Positions 1 through 8,704 of a DNA stretch of 64,000 bases are shown in pieces (the stretch's first letter is position 1; each line of letters begins with the position of its first letter). The DNA is from Chloroflexota bacterium (lineage in GTDB: Bacteria; Chloroflexota; Dehalococcoidia; Lucifugimonadales; JADFKI01). The DNA is taken from assembly GCA_027623195.1 (NCBI GenBank), contig JAQBUT010000017.1, positions 1 through 64,000 on the forward strand. The letters run 5' to 3'. The translations under genes were made by a program, and so were the position numbers. The notes below the pieces were generated by a model. The model was not told where the DNA came from, ran no database searches, and saw nothing but the letters and a program-made list of their open reading frames with translations.

Positions 1-15
1 ACGTGATTGTTTCAT
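1..15 (-). CDS. 5' end of a gene running off the left edge (MKQSR...), product unknown
   Basis: ATG at 15-13 on the minus strand, preceded by an AAGGAG RBS; only 5 codons visible. Confidence 0.45.
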
Positions 16-463
16 TTTCCTGCTCCTTTATTTCTGTCATTTTAGGAGCGGGACTCTCTCTTAGCTACCTGTCTAAAAAACCGATACCACCTCATTGACT
101 CCCGGGTATTTCCGTGCGCTGAGGTCACAAATTTCCGCGACTGAAACCATCGGGCTTCCACCCTCCTACGCTATGGGATGGCGAGTGCTTTATCGCATAA
201 CCAAGGTCTACACAACGGTTACGTCTAGGGCATCAGGCTTAGCAGAAATTGATGAGGGCGGCCGACACAGGGTATCGAAGGACAGGTAACCTGGGAGGGG
301 AATTTCCTACGGCCCATTGTTTCAAAAGAAACATTTTTCTGTATTTTCTGAAATTATTCTCATACATTTCTGAAATTAATTTCAAAATCTGAAAGGGCCG
401 CAGGGCGTTGGACCGGATCTGAGTTTGGGGGCAACTGGCGGAGATTGGAGCAGTGGGGATAAG

Positions 464-497
464 AAAAGGCCAGGCGCACAATGTATGCGCCTGGCCT
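464..497 (-). terminator. Intrinsic terminator after the HU gene
   Basis: 12-bp inverted repeat AGGCCAGGCGCA/TGCGCCTGGCCT followed by a T run on the minus strand. Confidence 0.7.
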
Positions 498-523
498 ATA
501 AAGAAAATCTCTATGCGGTTTGC

Positions 524-820
524 TTAACCTTGGGCAGTCCTGTTGAGCTCTGCACCTGCGGTAAAGCCAACCCGCTTGTGGGCGGGAACAGTCACGAGCT
601 TGCCGGACTTCGCGCCACGGATGGGGCGAACCTTGCGCTCTTTGACGTTCCTTATTTCAAAGGCTCCGAAACCGGTAAGGACAACCCTGTTCCCAGCCGA
701 TAGAGGCTCTTCAATGCTATCAAGCACGGCCTTAAGAGCGGCCTCGCCTGCAGCTCGATTCCCGCCCAACTTAGCGGCAACCATTCCAGTGATATCACTC
801 TTTCTAAGAGTCGTAGTCAT
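524..820 (-). CDS. hup: HU family DNA-binding protein
   Basis: GFGAF...RxxRxxR...VPA...F signature; start moved to ATG 820, which has a GGAGGT RBS. Confidence 0.92.
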   Translation of the reverse strand: MTTTLRKSDITGMVAAKLGGNRAAGEAALKAVLDSIEEPLSAGNRVVLTGFGAFEIRNVKERKVRPIRGAKSGKLVTVPAHKRVGFTAGAELNRTAQG

Positions 821-1627
821 AATTAAAACCCACCTCCAAAAACTATAGGGCTGATAAAACTTATACACGATTCTTCGGGCCCGTTAGCGAGTATGATAAT
901 AACCCGTTTTGTACTTTGTCAAGGCTTTTTCTTAGATTTTACTGGAAAATACGTTCTAAACGGCCTTTTTCCTGGAAACTACGGGGTGTATAGAAGGATT
1001 AATCAGCGCCAGGACTGAATTTCACTGACTTAAATTTAGGCTTAATCACTCCGTGAAAACGCCACAGCAAGCGCTGATGAGAAAAAGAGCCTATTGGGAT
1101 GCTGATCAAAGTGGAGGTGAAGCTGGCAGGGTGTGGAGCGAGGTATTAAGGTCTACAAAAAAACCTTTTGCATCCTGCCGTTACGAGAAGCAGACCTGAT
1201 GCTATCACGTATCGCCCGACTTCGGACATACAAATATAAGACAATATCTCTATCTTCCTCTGTTGAGGTTCTACGTCGGAGTTAGTTATATTTGCTAACG
1301 ACATTTGCACACGGGAGGCTCCTGACACCTCGACCTCCATACGAATGGACATCAACCGGGCTCAAGTCTATTTTTACCACACATACGGGGCTGATTAATT
1401 GAGCACGTCTACCTTCCAGGGATCCTATGATATATTGGAGCTAGAGCGGCGCGAGGCCGCCATCGCAGCAGCGTACGCAGTCGGTAGGCTGCCTCGGCCA
1501 GTCGTTCTATATAGATGTAAGAATGTAAAGCAGTCCAGATGGATGCCTGTTTCGGACGACCAAACACTCGACGACGATCAGCCTTAAATTTTAATCCCCA
1601 TCCCTTACAGAGCCTTTAGGATAAAAG

Positions 1628-2431
1628 ATGAGCACATTCTTGAATGGACCTAAGATCTATCTTGTTTCCAAGCCATCAGTTGACTGGGACCAGGTAGCGC
1701 AGTTCCTCGAAGACGAAGGAGTCCCCCCGATTCCCGACAGCATTCGGGCAGGCGAAGACGAGTCCGCCGCCATCGCGGAGATTTCGGCGCGTATGTGCTA
1801 CATGAGCTACGGCAAAGGTCGAAAGGACATTGCTGATTTCATCAACAATCTGCTGGCCTCCAAAGACGGCAGCGTATTCGAGCACATCAACTACGGCTTC
1901 GTCTTCACCGGGGTATCCCGCAGCCTGACTCACGAGTTGGTGCGGCACAGGGCAGGATTTGCCTTTAGCCAACGCTCCCAGCGATACGTGGACGAGTCTG
2001 AGAGCCGATTCGTGATACCGCCGGCCCTGGTCAACGGCAACGGCGGCTCGGAGCATTCCAAAACGGTCTTGTACAGCGCGTTGGAAAAGGCATCACAGGC
2101 CTATAACGAGCTTGTGGAAGCATTGGAAGAGGCGCTCCCCAGGGAGAACTTCACCTCCGGAACTGATCACCGTAAGGCGATTCGCCAGGCGGCGCGGTCC
2201 GTTCTTCCCAACGCCACCGAAACGAAAATATTCGTCACCGCAAACGTGCGGGCCTGGCGGCACTTCATAGAAATGCGGTCAACCCCCTACGCCGACTGGG
2301 AGATACGCAACGTGGCCATCACCGTACTGGAGATCCTTCAGAAGGAGGCTCCGCTGCTGTTCGGCGATTTCACCTTCGACACACTGCCTGACGGGACCAG
2401 GATAGCCACCCCCGAATTCTCGAAGGTATAG
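1628..2431 (+). CDS. thyX: FAD-dependent thymidylate synthase
   Basis: ThyX motif HELVRHR...SQRSQRYV, plus ARSVLPNA and NVRAWRHF. Confidence 0.95.
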   Translation: MSTFLNGPKIYLVSKPSVDWDQVAQFLEDEGVPPIPDSIRAGEDESAAIAEISARMCYMSYGKGRKDIADFINNLLASKDGSVFEHINYGFVFTGVSRSLTHELVRHRAGFAFSQRSQRYVDESESRFVIPPALVNGNGGSEHSKTVLYSALEKASQAYNELVEALEEALPRENFTSGTDHRKAIRQAARSVLPNATETKIFVTANVRAWRHFIEMRSTPYADWEIRNVAITVLEILQKEAPLLFGDFTFDTLPDGTRIATPEFSKV

Positions 2432-2563
2432 TGCCCAGCAACAGCTATAGCCCGCCAAAGTATTCGCCTTTTATGCCGACGCAAACTGCTAGCGTAGGTC
2501 TCCACTCCGTGTTAGCGTTATGCCTCTGATTCGACCTCATCAACACGAGAGGGCCGAGCATAA

Positions 2564-2767
2564 TTGTCTAGATGTCCACGCTGCTTTGGATTCCGGTCCA
2601 GGAAAAACGACTCCTTCGGCGAATACGTGGTTTGCCTGAATTGCGGATACCTGGAATACCTCGACCCCGACGATGACCTGAGTGCATTCATTGGCGAAGA
2701 CGACCCGGCAGATTCATCGGAGCCAAAGGGACCTTCGCCCGACGCAGAGGCTGGTCGCACTAGATAA
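2564..2767 (+). CDS. Small zinc-ribbon protein (hypothetical)
   Basis: CPRC-x19-CLNC followed by an acidic tail; TTG start. Confidence 0.5.
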   Translation: MSRCPRCFGFRSRKNDSFGEYVVCLNCGYLEYLDPDDDLSAFIGEDDPADSSEPKGPSPDAEAGRTR

Positions 2768-2947
2768 GTCGTCTCATGTATTTCTGCATCTGTTGAACCC
2801 GTCTGAGGCGTGGCATAATCCTAAACGTAATGCTAACCCTATCCTTCTCAGCCAGGGTTAGCACACCCAGCCTTCACACGACGACTTGTCTGCCAATGAG
2901 TTCCAAGTCCCTAAATCGTCCGTGAGAACCCTGCCAACACCGCCAAT

Positions 2948-5107
2948 TTGACCTCTGGATTTATAACATTGAATGAACGAATAGCCCAGATAGCCAGCGA
3001 GCTTGGCCTCCCATCACGAAACATCGAATCCGCTGCCAACCTTCTTGACGGCGGCGCCACGGTTCCCTTCATTGCACGCTACCGTAAGGAAGCCACCGGA
3101 AGCATGGATGAGGTGGCAATCCTTAATGTTAAGGAACGGCTATCCCAAATCCGCCAGTTAGACGACCGTCGCGAGACCATGCTCACGTCCCTTGAAGAGC
3201 GAGGCCTGCTGACTGAGAAGCTAGGCCAAACATTGCGGGATGCCCGGACCCTGACGGAATTGGAGGACCTGTATCTTCCTCATCGGCCCAAGCGCCGGAC
3301 CAGGGCGACCCAGGCAATTGAGAAGGGCCTGGAGCCGTTGGCCCAGGTCCTTTGGGCGCAATCGAACATCGATCCTGAGCACGAGGCCGAGGCCTACGTA
3401 GACGATGATAAGGGCGTCCTCGACGCCGAATCAGCGCTGGCAGGCGCGAGAGACATCATGGCCCAGTGGGTCAGCGAGGATGCCGTGGCAAGGGGCCATA
3501 TTCGCTCTCTTTATGCGCGACAGGCCTTGCTACGGTCTAGGGTGGTGAAGGGCAAAGAGGATGAGGCGCAGAAGTATCGGGACTATTTCGAAGCCGAGGA
3601 ACTCCTCGCATCGGCTCCTTCTCACCGAGTACTGGCAATTTTCCGGGGCGAATCCGAAGGTATGCTTACCGCCCGTATACAGCCTTCTGAGGAGCGTGCG
3701 GTTGCCATGCTGGAGGAACATTTTCTACGTGCACGGAACGCCGCTGCGGAACAGGTGCGAAGCAGCATTCAGGATGGTTACAAACGTCTGCTGGGACCAT
3801 CCATAGAGACGGAGGCCCGCAACGCATCCAAGGTCCGCGCTGATAAGGCTGCCATAGATGTCTTCGCCGCCAACCTTCGGGAGCTGCTGCTGGCCGCGCC
3901 CATCGGCGAGAAAACTGTTCTGGCCTTGGATCCCGGATTTCGCACTGGGGCAAAGCTCGTGTGCCTAGACAGCCACGGAGAGCTTCTGCACAACGACACG
4001 ATATTCGTGCTGACGGGCGAAAACCAAGCACGGCAGGCGGCCACCACCGTACGCGATCTTGTAAAGCGATTCGGTATCGAAGCAATTGCCGTGGGCAACG
4101 GCACTGGCGGCCGGGAGACCGAGGCCTTTCTTCGCAGCTTGGAGTTGGGGCCAGGCGTTCCCATCGTCTCAGTCAACGAGAGCGGCGCATCCGTCTACTC
4201 CGCATCCGCTGTGGCAAGAGAAGAGTTCCCGGACCAGGACATTACCGTCCGAGGGGCCATATCCATTGGGCGACGCCTTCAGGACCCGTTGGCAGAGCTA
4301 GTGAAGATCGATCCGCAATCGGTAGGCGTGGGCCAGTACCAACACGATGTAGACGCTGCACTGCTCCAGCAAAAGCTGGACGACGTGGTGATGAGTTGCG
4401 TCAACGCGGTTGGGGTAGACGTCAACACGGCCAGCCGTCGCATATTAACCTACGTTTCGGGCATCGGTCCCCGCCTGGCGGAGAACGTCCTGACGTACCG
4501 GAGGGAAAACGGCCCATTCAAATCCAGGGTAGGACTAAAAAAGGTTTCCGGGCTGGGTCCCAAAGCCTTTGAACAGGCGGCGGGCTTCCTTAGAATCCAC
4601 GGGAAGAACCCGTTAGATGCCAGCGCTGTTCACCCGGAACGATACTCAGTCGTGGAGAAGATAGCCGCCGACCTGAACGCCTCGGTGCCGCAACTCATTG
4701 CGGACCCTTCGGTTCGAAGCAAAATCGACCTGAGGCGGTACGCGGACGACAAGGTCGGGCTGCCCACCCTACAGGACATCATGGCAGAACTGGAAAGGCC
4801 GGGCCGAGACCCGCGACGGCAGTTCGAGGCCTTCCGCTTCGCCGAAGGCATCACCTCCATGGACGACTTGGAACAGGCTATGGTACTGCCGGGCATTATC
4901 ACGAATGTGACCGACTTCGGAGCCTTCGTGGATATTGGCGTGCATCAGGACGGGCTGGTCCACATCAGCAAGCTCGCCGACAGCTTCGTCCGCAAGCCAA
5001 CGGACGTCGTGAAGGTAGGCCAGACCGTTACCGTCGCAGTGATGGAGGTGGACAAGGCCCGCCGCCGAATCTCCCTCTCCATGAAGAAAGACGACTTGCT
5101 GGTATAA
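2948..5107 (+). CDS. tex: Tex family RNA-binding transcriptional accessory protein
   Basis: ATVPFIARYRKE, YqgF-like LDPGFRTG, HhH repeats, C-terminal S1 domain (FGAFVDIG...GLVHIS). Confidence 0.95.
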   Translation: MTSGFITLNERIAQIASELGLPSRNIESAANLLDGGATVPFIARYRKEATGSMDEVAILNVKERLSQIRQLDDRRETMLTSLEERGLLTEKLGQTLRDARTLTELEDLYLPHRPKRRTRATQAIEKGLEPLAQVLWAQSNIDPEHEAEAYVDDDKGVLDAESALAGARDIMAQWVSEDAVARGHIRSLYARQALLRSRVVKGKEDEAQKYRDYFEAEELLASAPSHRVLAIFRGESEGMLTARIQPSEERAVAMLEEHFLRARNAAAEQVRSSIQDGYKRLLGPSIETEARNASKVRADKAAIDVFAANLRELLLAAPIGEKTVLALDPGFRTGAKLVCLDSHGELLHNDTIFVLTGENQARQAATTVRDLVKRFGIEAIAVGNGTGGRETEAFLRSLELGPGVPIVSVNESGASVYSASAVAREEFPDQDITVRGAISIGRRLQDPLAELVKIDPQSVGVGQYQHDVDAALLQQKLDDVVMSCVNAVGVDVNTASRRILTYVSGIGPRLAENVLTYRRENGPFKSRVGLKKVSGLGPKAFEQAAGFLRIHGKNPLDASAVHPERYSVVEKIAADLNASVPQLIADPSVRSKIDLRRYADDKVGLPTLQDIMAELERPGRDPRRQFEAFRFAEGITSMDDLEQAMVLPGIITNVTDFGAFVDIGVHQDGLVHISKLADSFVRKPTDVVKVGQTVTVAVMEVDKARRRISLSMKKDDLLV

Positions 5108-5144
5108 TGCCCTCAAAATCGCCATAGCGTGAGGGCGAAGCGTT

Positions 5145-5966
5145 ATGCCGGAAGCGCCGGACCTGGAAGTCATAAGAGAATACCTCACCAAGCACGTGGT
5201 AGGTGCCGACATCGCGGAGGCATCCATCGTCAAGCCCAGCGTGCTAAGGTCGCTCGCGGGTAATATGACTTCGGACGTACCGGGACGAACGCTGGAGTCC
5301 GTAGAACGCCGAGGCAAGTTTCTTCTGATAGGGCTGTCTGGCGACCGCATCCTGGCCATCAACCCCATGCTCACCGGCATGATCCAGCACTGCGCCCCAA
5401 AGGCCCGCGTCTTCAAGCGCACCTGCCTCGTCTTCGACCTGTCTGACGGCACGCAGTTGCGATACCTGGATGAAAAGCAGATGGGCCTCTTTTACTACGT
5501 CCAGACCGACCAGATGGAGGAAGTCCCGCGTCTTGGCGAGCAGGGCCCTGATGTTCTAGAGGGAATGACGCTGGAAGAGTTTCAGCAGCGCCTGAAAAAA
5601 TATCCCGGCGAGATCAAGGGCATCCTGACCAGGGGCGCGGTGTTGTCAGGCATAGGCAACGCCTACTCCGACGAGATTCTTTTCGAAGCGCAGGTCTACC
5701 CATTCCGCAAGCGCAAGTCGCTTTCAGAAGACGAACTGCAACGCATTCTGGATTCGTCACGCTCGGTAGTGGAAGATGCCATCCCCATACTGCGTGAGCG
5801 CATGGGCGACAACATTCATGTGAAGGTAAGGGACTTTCTGAAGGTGCACAACAAAGGCGGTAAGCCCTGCCCTCGTTGCGGCCAACAGATAAGCGAGATC
5901 ACGGCCAACAAGCGAATTACCAGCTACTGCCGCCAATGCCAACCGGGGTCGCTGCTTAGGAACTAA
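5145..5966 (+). CDS. Fpg/Nei family DNA glycosylase/AP lyase
   Basis: N-terminal MPE, RRGKFL, H2TH motif GIGNAYSDE, C-terminal CPRC..CRQC zinc finger. Confidence 0.92.
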   Translation: MPEAPDLEVIREYLTKHVVGADIAEASIVKPSVLRSLAGNMTSDVPGRTLESVERRGKFLLIGLSGDRILAINPMLTGMIQHCAPKARVFKRTCLVFDLSDGTQLRYLDEKQMGLFYYVQTDQMEEVPRLGEQGPDVLEGMTLEEFQQRLKKYPGEIKGILTRGAVLSGIGNAYSDEILFEAQVYPFRKRKSLSEDELQRILDSSRSVVEDAIPILRERMGDNIHVKVRDFLKVHNKGGKPCPRCGQQISEITANKRITSYCRQCQPGSLLRN

Positions 5967-6003
5967 CCCCTGGCGGTCGCTAAATGAATTACAGGCCGCC
6001 TCA

Positions 6004-6837
6004 CTACTCGGAAGATTCTGACCCAATTAGCTCCTGCTGGTAGGGCTCGAAGATGGCGAGGTTTGTCAGCTCGTGCAGCTTGGCGCGGTGCGATGCGTTA
6101 GGCGCGTAGCGTCCGTAAACCCAGTCCTCTACAGTCTTCTTGGGCATCTCCAACTCGTCGGCCATCAGACCTACGTCGCCGTGATACACGCTTTCATCCA
6201 GCCACTGCTTTAGCGCGTTGGCTTCGTGCGAGTAATGGCGGTTCCTCTCGGCGGGCCTGCTGCCCTTGCCTTGGAAGTTCAGGTAGTACTTGCTGGGTGT
6301 CGGCCCATCCTGGTTCTGGTACTTACTCACTCGATTTCCGTGGCCATAGGGCCGCTCCACCGGGCTGGTTAGCTGGTAGAAGGATATCTGCGCAATGGGC
6401 ATGCCCGAGTACAGCGTGATGGGCAGCGGCGCGACGTTGCTGAACTCCAGAACGATGCCGCCCTTGAAGCCCGGGTCGATGAAGCCCGCCGTGGAGTGCA
6501 CCAACAGTCCCAGGCGACCAAGGGAACTCTTGCCGTCCAGGCGACCCATCAGATCGGTGGGCAACTCAATCCACTCCTCAGTGATGCCCAGGGCAAAGGA
6601 GCCCGGATGCAGAATGAATGGGTTTATCTCGTCGATGGTGAGGAGGTCCGTGAGGTTATCCATGGACTGCTTTACGTCGATGACCGGGTAACGGTCCTGG
6701 CGGAATACGCGCAGCTTACTTCCAAGCCTCAGATCGATGCTAACGGGCTGAACGGCCTCATCCGCGTCGCAAGGCGCAACAACCAGGTGGCCGCTGGCCA
6801 AGGCCTTCTTGATATCAACGTCGCTTAGTATTGCCAC
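6004..6837 (-). CDS. dcd: dCTP deaminase with a C-terminal HTH-like extension
   Basis: QPVSIDLRL, GKSSLGRLGL, TAGFIDPGF, YGH..SKYQNQ.GP; about 80 extra C-terminal residues resembling a cro/XRE HTH. Confidence 0.9.
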   Translation of the reverse strand: MAILSDVDIKKALASGHLVVAPCDADEAVQPVSIDLRLGSKLRVFRQDRYPVIDVKQSMDNLTDLLTIDEINPFILHPGSFALGITEEWIELPTDLMGRLDGKSSLGRLGLLVHSTAGFIDPGFKGGIVLEFSNVAPLPITLYSGMPIAQISFYQLTSPVERPYGHGNRVSKYQNQDGPTPSKYYLNFQGKGSRPAERNRHYSHEANALKQWLDESVYHGDVGLMADELEMPKKTVEDWVYGRYAPNASHRAKLHELTNLAIFEPYQQELIGSESSE

Positions 6838-6956
6838 CTTGGCTCCTCTTGATCTCGTCCTTTAAATCGACATTACACTTGACAGTATTTGTTCGGCCCA
6901 TTATCCAAATGTCATTGGGTATAATAGCATCGAATACGGCGACTTTCCCCGTCAAT

Positions 6957-7304
6957 ATGGACAAAACAATGGAAATGGAAAATGAGCTAGCAGAGTGGCA
7001 ATCATCCCCGAGACGCTTCTTCGGGAAGCAGATCGATGTCACTGTTGATGAGGACGGCGTGCACAAACCCGTCGCCTTCTCATTCGACGACGAAGCTCAC
7101 GAAATCAAAACCATCCTGCACTACCGAGAAGACGCTGGCTTCGGCAAAGGCCACAGAGGCAGCCACAGGTGGTGGCAGCGTCATCACCGCAACTACTACC
7201 GTGTCAAGACCACCGGCAACGAGATATTCGAGATCTACCACGACCGCGGCGCCTCAACAGAGCACCGCGACCACCGGCAATGGTACGTAACGAGACAGTT
7301 TTGA
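6957..7304 (+). CDS. DUF6504-like small protein
   Basis: P..F.F....I..I...R....WW....YYRV.T....FEIY.D....W pattern; start uncertain among ATGs at 6957, 6969 and 6975. Confidence 0.6.
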   Translation: MDKTMEMENELAEWQSSPRRFFGKQIDVTVDEDGVHKPVAFSFDDEAHEIKTILHYREDAGFGKGHRGSHRWWQRHHRNYYRVKTTGNEIFEIYHDRGASTEHRDHRQWYVTRQF

Positions 7305-7314
7305 CGCTGTTTCC

Positions 7315-8184
7315 TTAGCTGATTCCTGATTGCATCTCTTCTAGATATACGGCAGACAGTACAAACCGATTCAGTCCCCGTCCGAAGGCCATGGATTCAG
7401 TTCTGAATCCAGGAAATTCCAGATAATTGGAACTGCCGATTCTTCGACTGAGCATAAGAGTCTCAGACGTTGTTTTCATTTCAGATATTGACCAAGCTCG
7501 GTTTACACCTTCAAATATATCGCCGTTTTCTTGATTACGATGGTGTGGAATCTGAACATACGGTCCTACAACCTTGTTACGTATTGCCCAATCCGAACGA
7601 AGCCATCCCTGCCGCTGCCGATTGGTACTCCATTTCACGAGGAGCGAAGCTGTCGGAAGCAATTCGTTATACCGTATCGCCGTCGAAGTAATTGAAGTCT
7701 TAAATTCGTTGGCAAGAATTGGCACGCTGCTCAACTTCTGGCCCACAGTATTCAAACGCTTACCAAATACTTCCCTGGGCATCAGAAGCTCTGCCGCAAT
7801 CGCTTCACACAGACGTTCTTCATCCCTGTCCTGATGACTTCCCGGGCCACCTCTAAATTTACTGGTGCCTTGCCCGAAGGCGTAACGTTGAATCATGAGA
7901 TGGCCTATTTCATGAGCTAAGGAATACATTTGGCGACTTTGGGGAGCGTTGTCATTGATAGCTATGACATAGCCGTCGCCTTTGGGAACAAGCATTCCAT
8001 CAACTGTTCCACTTGCGGAACACTGGAGCGGTCGCCTAATTATTCGCTCGACACCTAGTGCCTGAGCTATCTTCGGCAGAAATACGGATGATTCTTCCGG
8101 TGATGAAGGTCCATAATCATTTAAGGCGCGTGCCACAATTGCCAACGCAGCATCGGGTACCAAATTCCGATCATCCTGTGCCAT
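7315..8184 (-). CDS. ImmA/IrrE family zinc metallopeptidase
   Basis: R..YSLAHEIGH (HExxH), EERLCEAIAAELLMP, following HTH segment and C-terminal extension. Confidence 0.88.
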   Translation of the reverse strand: MAQDDRNLVPDAALAIVARALNDYGPSSPEESSVFLPKIAQALGVERIIRRPLQCSASGTVDGMLVPKGDGYVIAINDNAPQSRQMYSLAHEIGHLMIQRYAFGQGTSKFRGGPGSHQDRDEERLCEAIAAELLMPREVFGKRLNTVGQKLSSVPILANEFKTSITSTAIRYNELLPTASLLVKWSTNRQRQGWLRSDWAIRNKVVGPYVQIPHHRNQENGDIFEGVNRAWSISEMKTTSETLMLSRRIGSSNYLEFPGFRTESMAFGRGLNRFVLSAVYLEEMQSGIS

Positions 8185-8186
8185 AG

Positions 8187-8577
8187 TTAGACATCTCCAT
8201 AGATATCACGGAGCGTCATGATTTCAAGCCGCCCAAGGGGTCGGGCAGCATTACTCCTTAGTTTCGGCTGCGCCATGCCCATTATAGCCTCCGCCTCTTC
8301 CTCACTAACTTCACCTGCCTTGTACATCTCATCCAGCAACTCACGAGTGAGCCGCTGCGCATTTGTAAGCACCAAATCCGATTCAGACACGCCCAACGCC
8401 TTCATGATTCGCTCTAGATATTCTCGAAAGACAGTGATATCCATCTGATCATTTTCAATACGTTCAATCGAATTCGAACTGAGATCGCACCGATCACCTA
8501 ACTCTGCAGTCGACCAGCCTAGCTTTAACCTCAAATGTCGTATCCTATGCCCGATCGATTCGTGCCCCCCATACCAT
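8187..8577 (-). CDS. XRE family HTH regulator with an apparent frameshift in a G6 run near its start
   Basis: IGHRIRHLRLKLGWSTAELGDRCDLSSNSIERIEN HTH; helix 1 lies upstream of the first in-frame start (TTG 8534); RBS-preceded ATG 8577 is out of frame by one base. Confidence 0.7.
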
Positions 8578-8704
8578 GTCTCACCCTCGCAACTTTCCCA
8601 TTAACCGCACTCCATAACCACGCTGGCATCAAGTTGGAATATCGAACCAAAGCAATTCCCACATTGGACACCCATTACATCATAAAAGCCTTATTGCGAC
8701 GGCC

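Noticed and set aside
870..1627. Short ORFs or an ncRNA in the HU-thyX intergenic region
   Set aside because: The ORFs lack an RBS and motifs, and I recognised no RNA family; it is likely a divergent promoter region.
6004..6837. Anti-phage dCTP deaminase
   Set aside because: The motifs are those of the housekeeping trimeric dUTPase-fold Dcd, not the Zn-dependent HxE/PCxxC defence family.
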